From a virus (Duplodnaviria > Caudoviricetes): a stretch of 64,000 nucleotides of DNA. Positions 18,250 through 28,396 of the stretch are shown here, one piece after another; the first letter of the stretch is position 1; the number at the start of each line of letters is the position of its first letter. Below the pieces are notes generated by a model. That model saw only the letters and a list, made by a program, of their open reading frames with translations, was not told where the DNA came from and did no database searches. The stretch lies in the IMG/VR virus record IMGVR_UViG_3300027730_000005; one strand, 5' to 3'. The translations under genes were made by a program, and so were the position numbers.

Positions 18250-20491
18250 GCTGTGGTTCCTTTAGTTCAAATACAATCTTGTTGTCTTGCAATTCTACAT
18301 TCAATGAACAGTCAGTCAATTGTTCAAACAAAATGCGTCGACTCAATGGTACACGAATCAATTCATCAATTTTGCGATTCAACGGACGAGCACCCATTTT
18401 GCTGTCGTAGCCTTTTTCTGCCAACAACTCAATCACTTCTTCAGAGAAAAACAACCGGATATTCTTTTCTGCTACACTTGATTTAAGCTGATCCAAGAAC
18501 TTCACAACAATCTTCTTGATAGCCAGGGTATCCAACTTGGTAAACTTGCAAATTTTATCAATACGATTGCGTAGCTCTGGGCGGAAGAACTCTTTCATTG
18601 CACGATCTTCTTCTCCAGATTTTTCCAAATCAGTACTGAATCCAATGTTGTTGGTTTCATTGTCTCTGGCACCTAAGTTAGATGTCATGATGATAATGGT
18701 ATTTTTGCAGTCTACCCGTTTGCCGTTTGCACCTGTTACATGTCCTTCGTCTAGCATTTGCAGCAGGATATTAGTAACATCCGAATGTGCTTTTTCAATT
18801 TCATCAAACAAGATCACAGAGAATGGATGTTTACTCAGATCTGAAATTAGTTTACCACCGCCTACATTACCATCTTCAAATCCCACATAGCCTGGAGGTG
18901 CACCAATCAAACTGCTGACAGAGAACTTCTCTTGAAACTCACTCATGTCATAACGTAACAAGTGCATGTCCAAGTTTTCACTCAATAGCTTGGCCAATTC
19001 AGTTTTGCCTGTACCAGTTGGACCCAAGAACAAGAAACTTGCCATGGGCTTGCCTTGTGTGCCAATTCCTGAGAAGTTGATATACACACGTTCTAGTACT
19101 GAATCCACAGCTTCTTCTTGTCCGTAGAGTTTTTGTTTGATGTTACTTTCTAAATCCACAATCTTCAAACTGCGTTCATTTTGCAGTCTATCAGTGGGTA
19201 CACCAGTCACTCTTGCCACTTGTTCTTCGATCATGCTTTTATTAACAGTGACCTGGCCTGCATCCCGAACACGTTCTCTAGCACAGGCAGCATCCAGCAA
19301 ATCGATACTTTTGTCTGGATTCTTCTTGTCATGAATATAACGAGCAGCAAGATCCACAGCAGCAGTCATGGCTTCTGTGTCAATCAGTACATTGTGGAAT
19401 GTTTCCAAACGTGGGCTCAGTCCAATTAGAATTTTTTCTGTAGTGTCACGATCAGGTTCATCAATGCTGAGACGATAGAACCGACGCATGAGTGCTCGAT
19501 CTTTCTCAAATGATTCGTAGTATTCTTCCCAAGTTGTGCTGGCAATAACTTTCAAATGCCCTTTGGTAATTGCTGGTTTCAACATGTTGGCAAAGTCCAA
19601 GCTGCCCGAACTGCCTGCTCCTGCACCTTTCATGGTATGTGCTTCGTCCACGAACAAAATACACTTCTTCTTGGCTTCCAGTGCAGCAATCACTGCTTTA
19701 AACTTTTCTTCAAAGTCCCCGCGATATTTGGATCCTGCTACCAAACTGCCAATTTCAAGACTCCACACTTCGTGATCTTTGAGGAACTTGGGCACACGAT
19801 TTTGTGCAATTTCCTGCGCAAGTCCTTCGATGATGGCAGTTTTGCCCACACCTGGATCACCTACCATGAGTACATTGGCTTTGAAACGACGTGCTAGTAC
19901 AGCAATCATTTCGTCCAGTTCTGTCGAGCGGCCAATTAACGGCTCTAATTGATCAGCAGCAGCCATGGCACTCAGACTGGTACAATATTCTTCCAGCACT
20001 TCAGTAGCTTGTTGACTATTCATACCTGCGGCTGCACGTTCTGACTTGTAGTTCTTGGTCCAAAAATCCACAAATTCAGCTTTGTGTACGCCGTATTTCA
20101 GCAAGAAGTAGTGTGCATTGCTGTTGGTCTCGCCCATGATGGCCAAGTACAAGTCCACAGTGACCACTTGTCTACGTCCTGTAAACAACACCTGTGTTAG
20201 AGCACGATTAAACACTCGTTCTAATGAAGCGGTTTTGCGTGGAGTCAAATCTTCCCCAGCACGAATCAGACTTTGTAGGCTTTCTAAATAGCCACACAGT
20301 TCAGTTTCCAACATGACCACGTCACAGCCATATTTGGATAAAGTTTTTCTAAATGGATCATGTCTTACGAGACTCAACAGTAAATGTTCTGTTAGCACAT
20401 ATTCGTGTTGCCATGTACGTGCGATTTGCACTGCGCCTTCGATGATAGCGTCAATTTCGGGATTGTCTTGGATTTGATTTGAATTGCTCAT
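18224..20491 (-). CDS. clpA: ClpA-type AAA+ unfoldase
   Basis: Clp N domain; two Walker A motifs (GDPGVGKT, GPTGTGKT); IGF ClpP-binding loop; no ClpB middle domain. Confidence 0.93.
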   Translation of the reverse strand: MSNSNQIQDNPEIDAIIEGAVQIARTWQHEYVLTEHLLLSLVRHDPFRKTLSKYGCDVVMLETELCGYLESLQSLIRAGEDLTPRKTASLERVFNRALTQVLFTGRRQVVTVDLYLAIMGETNSNAHYFLLKYGVHKAEFVDFWTKNYKSERAAAGMNSQQATEVLEEYCTSLSAMAAADQLEPLIGRSTELDEMIAVLARRFKANVLMVGDPGVGKTAIIEGLAQEIAQNRVPKFLKDHEVWSLEIGSLVAGSKYRGDFEEKFKAVIAALEAKKKCILFVDEAHTMKGAGAGSSGSLDFANMLKPAITKGHLKVIASTTWEEYYESFEKDRALMRRFYRLSIDEPDRDTTEKILIGLSPRLETFHNVLIDTEAMTAAVDLAARYIHDKKNPDKSIDLLDAACARERVRDAGQVTVNKSMIEEQVARVTGVPTDRLQNERSLKIVDLESNIKQKLYGQEEAVDSVLERVYINFSGIGTQGKPMASFLFLGPTGTGKTELAKLLSENLDMHLLRYDMSEFQEKFSVSSLIGAPPGYVGFEDGNVGGGKLISDLSKHPFSVILFDEIEKAHSDVTNILLQMLDEGHVTGANGKRVDCKNTIIIMTSNLGARDNETNNIGFSTDLEKSGEEDRAMKEFFRPELRNRIDKICKFTKLDTLAIKKIVVKFLDQLKSSVAEKNIRLFFSEEVIELLAEKGYDSKMGARPLNRKIDELIRVPLSRRILFEQLTDCSLNVELQDNKIVFELKEPQHVTTLFTV

Positions 20492-20497
20492 GTGGAC

Positions 20498-20526
20498 AGT
20501 ATACTATAGATCTCAATAGAGATCAA
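20498..20526 (-). promoter_or_regulatory. sigma70-like promoter upstream of clpA
   Basis: TTGATC-17-TATACT. Confidence 0.6.
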
Positions 20527-20538
20527 CCTTTCACGTAC

Positions 20539-21321
20539 TTATTCGGCAGATTCCTGCTGTATAGCAGCCATTAATCCTGGAGAGATTCTGGCAGGCAATC
20601 TAGCTTGCACCCGGACCAACATATCTCCCAGCTGCCCATTACGATCTGGTAATCCACGACCTCTGGCACGCAACATGCTGTTGGGTTGTGTGTTGGGTGG
20701 TATGCTGAGTTCAATTCGATTGCCACGTATGTCCAACATGGGAATATCACCCCCGGTTATTAGTTTCCAAATAGACACAGTGGTTTCAGTATGTACATTG
20801 TTGTTGACTCGTTGCCATGTTTTATCTGGATGTACCCGGAATGTGATCACAAGATCCTGCCCATTAGGACCAATATTAGGGTATTGCACATTGTCTCCAT
20901 CTGCGATGCCGTTGGGTATGTTGATTTCAACATTGTGTGTGCCGGTGTGTGTGCCCATAGAAACCACTCTAGACCCTGGAGCAGCTACATCTTGTATGGT
21001 CACCCACAAGGTCATTCTGGCATGTCCACGCTGTTGCGGCTGCTGGAATTTGGCTCCAAACATGTTGAAGATTTCGTTGAAATCAAAGTTATGATGGAAC
21101 CCCCCACCTCCAACTGGATGTTGTGGCTGCGGGTTATTATAAGCTGCTCGTTTTTGTTCGTCGCCAAGAGTTTCGTAAGCTGCTTGAATCTCTTGGAATT
21201 TTGTTGTGGAACCACCTGCTCTATCTGGGTGATATGTACTTGCTAATTTTCTATATGCTTTTTTTATTTCATCAGCAGAAGCTGTGCGGGCAACGCCTAG
21301 GGTAGAATAGTGATCAGTCAT
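20539..21321 (-). CDS. dnaJ: DnaJ-class co-chaperone (CbpA-like, no Zn finger)
   Basis: J domain with HPD; G/F-rich linker; DnaJ C-terminal domain. Confidence 0.92.
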   Translation of the reverse strand: MTDHYSTLGVARTASADEIKKAYRKLASTYHPDRAGGSTTKFQEIQAAYETLGDEQKRAAYNNPQPQHPVGGGGFHHNFDFNEIFNMFGAKFQQPQQRGHARMTLWVTIQDVAAPGSRVVSMGTHTGTHNVEINIPNGIADGDNVQYPNIGPNGQDLVITFRVHPDKTWQRVNNNVHTETTVSIWKLITGGDIPMLDIRGNRIELSIPPNTQPNSMLRARGRGLPDRNGQLGDMLVRVQARLPARISPGLMAAIQQESAE

Positions 21322-21349
21322 TGTGTGTAGTTATACACACAGCAATGGA

Positions 21350-21559
21350 TCATTTCTTTTCAGGAACCTTAGTACCTTCTAGTTTTTCATGTTTCTTCAT
21401 GTTTTTGCAATTTTGTTTCACTTTGCCGTTGGCATCCTTGACTGGTTTTCCATTGCGGTCTTTAACATCCACGCAAACCCTTACAGTTTCTTTGGCCGCT
21501 TCGGCAATTACAAATTGACTACCCAGAGCCAGTGAGAGTGCGATCAACAGTTTTTTCAT
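21350..21559 (-). CDS. Small secreted protein
   Basis: Signal peptide MKKLLIALSLALG; two Cys. Confidence 0.7.
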   Translation of the reverse strand: MKKLLIALSLALGSQFVIAEAAKETVRVCVDVKDRNGKPVKDANGKVKQNCKNMKKHEKLEGTKVPEKK

Positions 21560-21629
21560 ATTACTTTCCTATTTTTTGATTAAGTTCTTTTATTCAATAA
21601 ATGCGCCTTTAGCGGATTCTTCTGCCATG

Positions 21630-22196
21630 TTATCTTTCTGGGAATGGTGGGATCACAGGAGCTGGTCTACCACCCCATCCTGTGACAACTTCTGCGTTAA
21701 CAGGTGCCATGGTTCCAAATCCTGTATTTCCGCCAAAGCTTGTTGCCGAAGGTGCACCTCCAAAGCCACTTCCTCCGCCCAGGGACGGTGAGCCCCAGGA
21801 CTGATTAACGGGTGTTGATGTACCAAACGCACCAGGGACGGACGGTCTCACAGACCCAGGCGGCATGTATGTTGTTCCAACATTTGGTGGTAAGGCAATT
21901 CCTCCATTGTTAGCTCCTCCGAGTTTTTCTTGTGTGCGACCGTAGGCTGCAATACCCAACACAGCGCCCATTGCTATGTGATATAGCCCAGCACCTTGTA
22001 GAGTCAACGGTTGCCATTGTGTTTGTACACTGCCATGAAATAAACTCTGTGTCAAACTCCAAAGAACTGGTGCTAACACAAAATCAAATATGCAGGTAAT
22101 CATATAGGTCCATCCCATCATCGGACGCCATTTTGAATTCATCCAGTCTTCTTTGGCTTTTTCGCTAGAACTTGTTTGATGATTTTTTTTTGTCAT
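21630..22196 (-). CDS. Putative holin (3TM GTA-holin-like)
   Basis: WRPMMGW..C.FDF hydrophobic segments; follows endolysin. Confidence 0.7.
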   Translation of the reverse strand: MTKKNHQTSSSEKAKEDWMNSKWRPMMGWTYMITCIFDFVLAPVLWSLTQSLFHGSVQTQWQPLTLQGAGLYHIAMGAVLGIAAYGRTQEKLGGANNGGIALPPNVGTTYMPPGSVRPSVPGAFGTSTPVNQSWGSPSLGGGSGFGGAPSATSFGGNTGFGTMAPVNAEVVTGWGGRPAPVIPPFPER

Positions 22197-22197
22197 T

Positions 22198-22818
22198 TTA
22201 TACTCCCATCACATGTAATGCATGTTCATAATGTCGGATACGATCTTCTAATCCAATATAACCGCCATTGATGGCTCTGGTAAGCCCTTTTATATCTCCT
22301 GCGTCGGCAAATCTATTCAAGTTGTTGGTTTCCCAAAACCAGCAAGCTGATTGCGCAGCACCTTCAAATGTGGCCAAATATTCACTGGCTTCTTCTACTG
22401 GAATCTCCAAACTGCCAGCAAAGAATGTGTAGTTGTCACGACCGGTAAGCTGTATCAACCCACGACCACAGAACCGATATCCATCGCCGCTGGCTTCATC
22501 GCCGTTGCCCATGCGATTAGCATAAACTCTGTTGGCAATTTTTTCAGGCCGATTTGCATAAGCTGCTGCAATAGTATCATCAGTGAAATATTTGGCAAAT
22601 GTTTTTCTTAGACTAGCAGCACGATAGTTAAGATTTTCTTTAACAAAAACAAAATTTCCTGACTCATGAGCGCATTGTGCAATAAAGGCCGACACTCTGG
22701 CAGGTGTGTTGATATCATAATCGGGCAACAGTTGATCAATAGCTTGGTACCAATGATCAATGTAGGGATTTTTAACCATTTGTTTAAGTTGACTTAGTGA
22801 CAATATTGAGTTGCTCAT
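22198..22818 (-). CDS. GH19 family endolysin
   Basis: AFIAQCAHES; ENLNY; GRGLIQLTGRDNY; INGG..GL.DR. Confidence 0.92.
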   Translation of the reverse strand: MSNSILSLSQLKQMVKNPYIDHWYQAIDQLLPDYDINTPARVSAFIAQCAHESGNFVFVKENLNYRAASLRKTFAKYFTDDTIAAAYANRPEKIANRVYANRMGNGDEASGDGYRFCGRGLIQLTGRDNYTFFAGSLEIPVEEASEYLATFEGAAQSACWFWETNNLNRFADAGDIKGLTRAINGGYIGLEDRIRHYEHALHVMGV

Positions 22819-23078
22819 TTTGTGTTATCCCATATTTTTTTTTGTTTCACATACCATTCTTGCCAACCTGAGTTTTTGGCTGAACATTCGTGATATGTTG
22901 TGTAGTTTTCCGTGACTGTTTTTACAAAATCTACTATGCTGACCTGTTCTCCAGAAATGGTCTTTAGATCAGCACAGCGTTCCATTAACATTTCTGGTGC
23001 TGCCGGGAACTCAGCAACCACTGGTACAGATGTGCAAGCTGACAAACTCATGACTAGTGGAATTACAATATACTTCAT
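22815..23078 (-). CDS. Putative o-spanin lipoprotein
   Basis: Lipobox LSAC; Pro-rich N-terminus; position in lysis cassette. Confidence 0.7.
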   Translation of the reverse strand: MKYIVIPLVMSLSACTSVPVVAEFPAAPEMLMERCADLKTISGEQVSIVDFVKTVTENYTTYHECSAKNSGWQEWYVKQKKIWDNTK

Positions 23079-23548
23079 TTGTTTTTCTCAACGGGTTGAT
23101 TTAGTGCTGCCGCATTGTGCGTGTCAATAACGACTGAAGGTATAGGACAAATTTCCACAAAGCGAATCACTTCTTGATTGCGAACCACTTCTCTGTCTAT
23201 GTAACTAACAATGTTCTGTCCTTTTTCTCGTATGACTTTGGTGTTGTTTACCAGTTTGGTTATTACTTGTGTATTGGTTTCTGCACTGAGTTTTTCTGCT
23301 GCTGCTACTTTTGCTTCTGCTTCACGCACACGTTCTCGCCAGGCCATTTCTGTTGAATATCCGCCTTTGAAATAAACACCCGTGGTCAACAGCACTATGC
23401 CCAGGACCTGCAGAGGTATTCTATAAGTGTTTACAAACGGAATAAAACGCACAAAAAAGCCGGCCACTGTGGTCAGTGCGCCGGCTATTAGAATGGTGTT
23501 GACGATCCATGAAATGAATGCGTCAGGAAGAAGATGTAAGATCCACAT
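23075..23548 (-). CDS. Putative i-spanin
   Basis: N-terminal TM segments then coiled coil; start reset to ATG 23548. Confidence 0.7.
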   Translation of the reverse strand: MWILHLLPDAFISWIVNTILIAGALTTVAGFFVRFIPFVNTYRIPLQVLGIVLLTTGVYFKGGYSTEMAWRERVREAEAKVAAAEKLSAETNTQVITKLVNNTKVIREKGQNIVSYIDREVVRNQEVIRFVEICPIPSVVIDTHNAAALNQPVEKNK

Positions 23549-23572
23549 GCAGATATTTATCTGCAAATGGTA

Positions 23573-24430
23573 TTATAATCCCATGCTTTTTCTTATGTTT
23601 GTAGCTGATATACTTGTGATAGATTCATCAAACTTTTCTTCTTCTATTGTATATCCTACCCCACGACCGTAGCCAATGTGAGTGATATTAGGAACTACTA
23701 ATATTTCGTATTGCCCTTGATACAATGTATCAAGATCTCGTTTAATAGCTTGTTTGACCTGGTCGATAGCAAATGGATTACTGCCTTGCCAGCCCTGGCA
23801 GTCGCGAATCATGATGCATACTTGTCCTGTTCGTTGTATCAATCTATCAAACAATGCACGATGCCCGGCATGCCACGGTTGCCAGCGACCCAACATCTGT
23901 ATAGTTTCTTTCTTGAAATCAAACACAGGTCTACGGCGATTGTCTAGTATGTGTTGCCCAATGAATTCTACCCATTTTTCAGCGTTTTGTTCTGTGATTC
24001 TGAAATCATATACATTCGGAGGAATAAAGGCTCGGTTAGTATCATCATATCTACCAGCATCAATTGTGTCCATCCAGATGGTCCAATCTGCTTTAAAATT
24101 GTTTCTCATTTCGGGCAATGGTGCAACAAAGTCACAGATAACAAAGTCGCCCGAACATTTAACAGCGAACTCAAACATTCTTAAACTTTGTCGAATTCTA
24201 CCTTCTCTGCTGAAATCCCAATCATTAAATCGTTTGCGTATTTCATCTGCGTTAAACCAGTCTACTTTTACATTGTAAAAATCAGGTCCAGGAATACCCT
24301 CATAATCTAACACACGCCCTGGAGATATTTTCATAACATCTCCGTGTTGTTCTAGATATCTTTTTAATTTTTCGGCAAAGTATGTTTTGCCTGCACCTGG
24401 AAGACCCATTATCAATATTTTTTGTGTCAT
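23573..24430 (-). CDS. APS-kinase-like P-loop kinase fused to HxGH nucleotidyltransferase
   Basis: GLPGAGKT; D.IR..F..WDFS.EGR; C-terminal GRWQPWHAGH. Confidence 0.8.
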   Translation of the reverse strand: MTQKILIMGLPGAGKTYFAEKLKRYLEQHGDVMKISPGRVLDYEGIPGPDFYNVKVDWFNADEIRKRFNDWDFSREGRIRQSLRMFEFAVKCSGDFVICDFVAPLPEMRNNFKADWTIWMDTIDAGRYDDTNRAFIPPNVYDFRITEQNAEKWVEFIGQHILDNRRRPVFDFKKETIQMLGRWQPWHAGHRALFDRLIQRTGQVCIMIRDCQGWQGSNPFAIDQVKQAIKRDLDTLYQGQYEILVVPNITHIGYGRGVGYTIEEEKFDESITSISATNIRKSMGL

Positions 24431-24600
24431 ATGTGTTTCTTTAATGAATAAATTGCAACATCATCTTTGTGATGATGTGCAACGTTACTAAAGTATTTAC
24501 TGCCAGCGTTTTGCCACAGAATTATTTCCCTAGACTTTTGGAGTGGTGAATCAGGTTGCAAAACATTTAACCGTTCTGCAAATGATAGATGGTGTTTTGT

Positions 24601-25179
24601 TTATAGTATACCTGCTGCGGCTTGCATGGCCTGCAAGTCTTTGCTGACCTTGGTGTAGATGGGTTTTACATCTAGGCCAGCTGCAATACGCATCTCATTG
24701 AGATCGCCTTCTGTGCGTGCTCTATACTCATTGGGTGTAAGTGGAACCAGTTTGGCAAATGTTTCAGGGCTCCACTCATGCTTTTTCTTTTTGTACACCA
24801 TGATCCAATCGTCGGGCTCATATTCTGTGAGTGTATTAAGATCTTTGAGAATCTCGTCAATTTGCCCAGGTGCAGCATTACGACGGCGCATTTCTAAGTA
24901 CACTAGATAACGATTGGGTTTGATTTCGCCAGGGCTTTGGTCAGCATCAAGAACAAAGTCATATCCTTTTTCAAACCAATTCATGAGATCTTTGGCAGCT
25001 TGTTTGTCGCGAACAAAAAAGCTCACCACAATTACATCTGCATCTTCGCCCATCTTGGAACTGAATTCGTCGATATGCACGGTGGGCTTCATCATGCCCT
25101 CCATGTCTTTATAGCCTAACCCTTCGTTAAGCTGCCGGCGGCGCTGCTGCGGGTTGTTGAAGTTGTTGTTGTGCTGCAT
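24601..25179 (-). CDS. Hypothetical phage protein (start uncertain)
   Basis: ORF overlaps the end of the upstream gene; body begins near LNEGLGYKDM. Confidence 0.65.
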   Translation of the reverse strand: MQHNNNFNNPQQRRRQLNEGLGYKDMEGMMKPTVHIDEFSSKMGEDADVIVVSFFVRDKQAAKDLMNWFEKGYDFVLDADQSPGEIKPNRYLVYLEMRRRNAAPGQIDEILKDLNTLTEYEPDDWIMVYKKKKHEWSPETFAKLVPLTPNEYRARTEGDLNEMRIAAGLDVKPIYTKVSKDLQAMQAAAGIL

Positions 25180-25711
25180 TTGCTTTCTCTTCATCTTTGT
25201 ATTGATCTTTGTCGATATCTTCTGCGTAAGCATCGTCAAGATCTTGTAAATCTATTTCTTCACCTTCTAAATCAATGCTGCCTGTGCGTATATCTGCAAT
25301 CAGATTCTTGGGCATGACGATCTCGACCAACCATACTTTTTTAGTTATTAATCTAGCAATATGTGTACCAGCTTCGTAGTCACTGGGTTCTGTGACCTTG
25401 ATAGGAATCTTCATGTCTACTTTTTTGAATTTTACTTCACAATCAAATGGCAGCAATCTACGTCCACCACGTGGGTCTGGCATGAGATTTTCAGGCCACA
25501 TGAATATACAGCTTATTTTGTATTTGCCAATATCAGGACCTTGCACTAGTTCTCCGCGATCCCAGTTACGAAATGCATAGATATCCAGTTCATCAAGAAC
25601 TCGTTCAAAATCCAACAACGTGAGCAAACTGCCCTCACTAAGGTAGATATCACGGATGTTGTCGGCGACCATCCAGTAGTCTGTGTGATCTTTAAAGATG
25701 TTTTCGTCCAT
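25127..25711 (-). CDS. Hypothetical phage protein
   Basis: 194-aa ORF; TAAATA 5 nt before ATG. Confidence 0.75.
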   Translation of the reverse strand: MDENIFKDHTDYWMVADNIRDIYLSEGSLLTLLDFERVLDELDIYAFRNWDRGELVQGPDIGKYKISCIFMWPENLMPDPRGGRRLLPFDCEVKFKKVDMKIPIKVTEPSDYEAGTHIARLITKKVWLVEIVMPKNLIADIRTGSIDLEGEEIDLQDLDDAYAEDIDKDQYKDEEKANAAQQQLQQPAAAPPAA

Positions 25712-25876
25712 ACAGATATTTATGGCAAGAGACTAGAACCTGTGCGCTTTGATTTTTTCCGCACAGAGAAATACTTATGCCGCAAATCTCTGAAATCTCG
25801 GTACATAGATCTCACACTACAAACACCTAAATATTCGTGCTAAACACAATTAGCAAACACTTTAGGAGAACCACAC

Positions 25877-26620
25877 TTGAGTAGACAACGCGGGGCTAAA
25901 GCCCAAATCCAAAAACGCATCACAACACATATGGTAGAAAACACAATTCCATTTAATCCAGAACCCAGGCAGCGACAACGACCTATAGAACTCATCCCAA
26001 AATCACGCAATCAAGAAAATCTCATATTAAATCTACTCAACTCAGAACAATCAATTGTAGTAGCAGTTGGCCCTGCAGGTACTGGTAAAACTTACCTGGC
26101 TATGTTGGCTGCTGTAAAAGCATTTAGAACAGGCGAATGTAAACGAATCATCCTAACACGACCGGCCATTGGCGTAGAAGACGAACAGCACGGGTTCTTA
26201 CCCGGGAATCTCGTTGCCAAGATGGAACCGTGGACTCGTCCCTTGCTGGATGTATTACGCGAATACTATCGCCCGCCCGAAATTGCAGCTATGATTGACG
26301 ACGGCACTATAGAAATATCACCCTTGGCCTACATGCGTGGACGAACATTTAAACATGCATGGATCATTGCGGACGAGATGCAGAACGCCACGCCATCACA
26401 GATGAAAATGTTGTTGAGTCGCATAGGCACTGAATCACGCATTGTGGTCACCGGAGATGTAGAACAAGCTGACCGCGCCCGAGGCGAAAATGGTCTGTTA
26501 GATCTTTGTTCACGGTTAGAGCATTATCCAGTCAACGGAATGGCTGTTTGCAGGCTAACCGGGCGAGACATACAACGCCACCCAATTATAGGGAGTGTAC
26601 TTGCACTATACGACAAATAA
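25877..26620 (+). CDS. phoH: PhoH-family ATPase
   Basis: GPAGTGKT; GFLPG; AYMRGRT; DEMQN; TGD..Q.D; R.P. Confidence 0.95.
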   Translation: MSRQRGAKAQIQKRITTHMVENTIPFNPEPRQRQRPIELIPKSRNQENLILNLLNSEQSIVVAVGPAGTGKTYLAMLAAVKAFRTGECKRIILTRPAIGVEDEQHGFLPGNLVAKMEPWTRPLLDVLREYYRPPEIAAMIDDGTIEISPLAYMRGRTFKHAWIIADEMQNATPSQMKMLLSRIGTESRIVVTGDVEQADRARGENGLLDLCSRLEHYPVNGMAVCRLTGRDIQRHPIIGSVLALYDK

Positions 26621-26630
26621 CTGATCCACA

Positions 26631-26653
26631 GTAATGGGCCTTGTGCCCATTAC
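26631..26653. terminator. Hairpin between convergent genes
   Basis: GTAATGGGC-CTTGT-GCCCATTAC; no clear U tract. Confidence 0.45.
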
Positions 26654-26934
26654 TCTGTGACTGCTGGTGCGGCCTTTACCAATTCGTATCCGTTTTCTGC
26701 AAACAGTCGATTGATGATGTTTTCATAATGCTGAATGTAGTATTCTACGATCTTGTTAAAGTCCTTGGGCACATTTACCCCATTCATGTGGGCTTTAACT
26801 ACTTGAAGTTTTTTGAAATCTAAGATTACATTGCAGGTCTGAATATCTTTGGTTTTGAGATTTTTAGATATCTCGGCAATTTCGTCGATTTTACCATCAG
26901 ATTTTAGATAAAAGGTGATTAGAAAATATCTCAT
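26650..26934 (-). CDS. Hypothetical protein
   Basis: 94-aa ORF coupled to clamp loader. Confidence 0.7.
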   Translation of the reverse strand: MRYFLITFYLKSDGKIDEIAEISKNLKTKDIQTCNVILDFKKLQVVKAHMNGVNVPKDFNKIVEYYIQHYENIINRLFAENGYELVKAAPAVTE

Positions 26935-27860
26935 TTTAGATTTGCCAATTCAATTATGGTAGCACTCAAGTTGATCTCAACATCAGCAACTGAGTTATGA
27001 TTTACAATACCATTGCGAATGATCACAACTGCTTGATCTTTTTGTTCGTCAGTGTCACCCCAAAGATCTAAATTATCATACATCCAACGGAATACATCTT
27101 CAGCTTCTTCTGGTGTGCTGCTTTGGCAAAGCAAAGTACGTGCTTGTCGAATTTGTCCACGCTTGAACATATCCACACAGTCCAGTTTCCAATCCTTGGC
27201 TGCTTTGTCTGTGGCACTGGGTGGTGCCAATGTGCCCGACTGTGAATTCATTTGTGTTAGATTCAGACACTTGCGTAGATCGGGATATGTGGCTTTGACG
27301 TATGTGTCTAACACATCCAAATCAAACTCCACACCTTCAGTTACTAGCACAGTAGCTACTCGTGCCGTGAACTCTGTGTGATCAGTCTTGGTAATATGAA
27401 ATCCTTGACAACGACTATGTATTGGATCAATAATCTTGTGAGGATAGTTACAAGTCATAATGAATCGCACTGTGCTGGAATAATCTTCCATCAGATTGCG
27501 CAATGCTGGCTGTACACTTTCCTTGTTCATGTAGTCAGCTTCATCAATCAGCACAACTTTGAACCGGCCAAATGGCATAGTTTGTACAAAGCTGATCAGC
27601 TTGTCTACCCATTCAATCTTGCGACCTTCCTTGGATCCATTTACATACATTACATCGTACTGATCTATTCCTAGTTCGTTGATCAGTACTTTGGCCAAAG
27701 TGGTCTTGCCCGTACCTGCTGCACCACTCAGCAACAGATGTGGAATTGTACCTTCTCGGATCCATGATTGCACTTGTTCTCGCTGAGAGTCATCCACAAA
27801 CACATATCCGTCAACTGTGCTTGGCCTGTGCGCCTCAACCCATAACTGTCGCATATTCAA
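26931..27860 (-). CDS. Sliding-clamp loader ATPase (RFC / T4 gp44-like)
   Basis: LWVE.HRP; GAAGTGKT; IDEAD; IHSRC motif. Confidence 0.93.
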   Translation of the reverse strand: MNMRQLWVEAHRPSTVDGYVFVDDSQREQVQSWIREGTIPHLLLSGAAGTGKTTLAKVLINELGIDQYDVMYVNGSKEGRKIEWVDKLISFVQTMPFGRFKVVLIDEADYMNKESVQPALRNLMEDYSSTVRFIMTCNYPHKIIDPIHSRCQGFHITKTDHTEFTARVATVLVTEGVEFDLDVLDTYVKATYPDLRKCLNLTQMNSQSGTLAPPSATDKAAKDWKLDCVDMFKRGQIRQARTLLCQSSTPEEAEDVFRWMYDNLDLWGDTDEQKDQAVVIIRNGIVNHNSVADVEINLSATIIELANLK

Positions 27861-27888
27861 TCCTTTGTTGATTTAAAACTAATATCAC

Positions 27889-27918
27889 ATTATACCCTTG
27901 TTTGACGCAGGTTGTCAA
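27889..27918 (-). promoter_or_regulatory. sigma70-like promoter
   Basis: TTGACA-18-TATAAT upstream of clamp loader. Confidence 0.7.
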
Positions 27919-27962
27919 CTTTGCTTTGTTCTTTTCCTCTAACACTGTATGGGCGTCGCCCA

Positions 27963-28151
27963 TTATGTGCGCCCAAGTGGAATGTTTTTGCCAAGCTGTT
28001 GTTCGTGCGAAGATTGTGTTTGCAATTCAGCGGGCAGTGGTGGTGGAACATAACGTTCTTTTGGTAGTTTCTTGCCAAATATTGATTCGTGCCGATTGGC
28101 CAATTCTTCTTGATCCACCGTGGATTTTCTTGGTCTTGATCCTCTACTCAT
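27963..28151 (-). CDS. Hypothetical protein
   Basis: 62 aa; ATGA-coupled. Confidence 0.55.
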   Translation of the reverse strand: MSRGSRPRKSTVDQEELANRHESIFGKKLPKERYVPPPLPAELQTQSSHEQQLGKNIPLGRT

Positions 28152-28396
28152 ACCAGTTCCTCAACAATGCCCAACATTTCGGCTGCAATGAGTAATGCTC
28201 CGCCAATCACAAGTGATCCTTGAATAAATGCAATACCTGCAACTATTCTAAGTGCGCTTTTGACCAGACTTACATAAAAGTGTCCGCGGCTGGTATCTTT
28301 GGGTTGAATTTCTATCATGGATTTCCTATGTGGGCAACGCCCCTGTTTATAATCACAGTCTGGTTGAATCAGACTGTGACAAATTTTACATTTCAT
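28148..28396 (-). CDS. Small membrane protein with N-terminal Cys cluster
   Basis: CKIC..C...C; hydrophobic C-terminus. Confidence 0.6.
   Translation of the reverse strand: MKCKICHSLIQPDCDYKQGRCPHRKSMIEIQPKDTSRGHFYVSLVKSALRIVAGIAFIQGSLVIGGALLIAAEMLGIVEELV

Noticed and set aside
18224-20491. ClpB assignment
   Set aside because: Length of 755 aa, no middle coiled coil, and an IGF loop indicate ClpA type.
24458-24478. 8-bp intergenic hairpin ACATCATC-N5-GATGATGT
   Set aside because: Single, weak, and without a U tract or recurrence; function unsupported.
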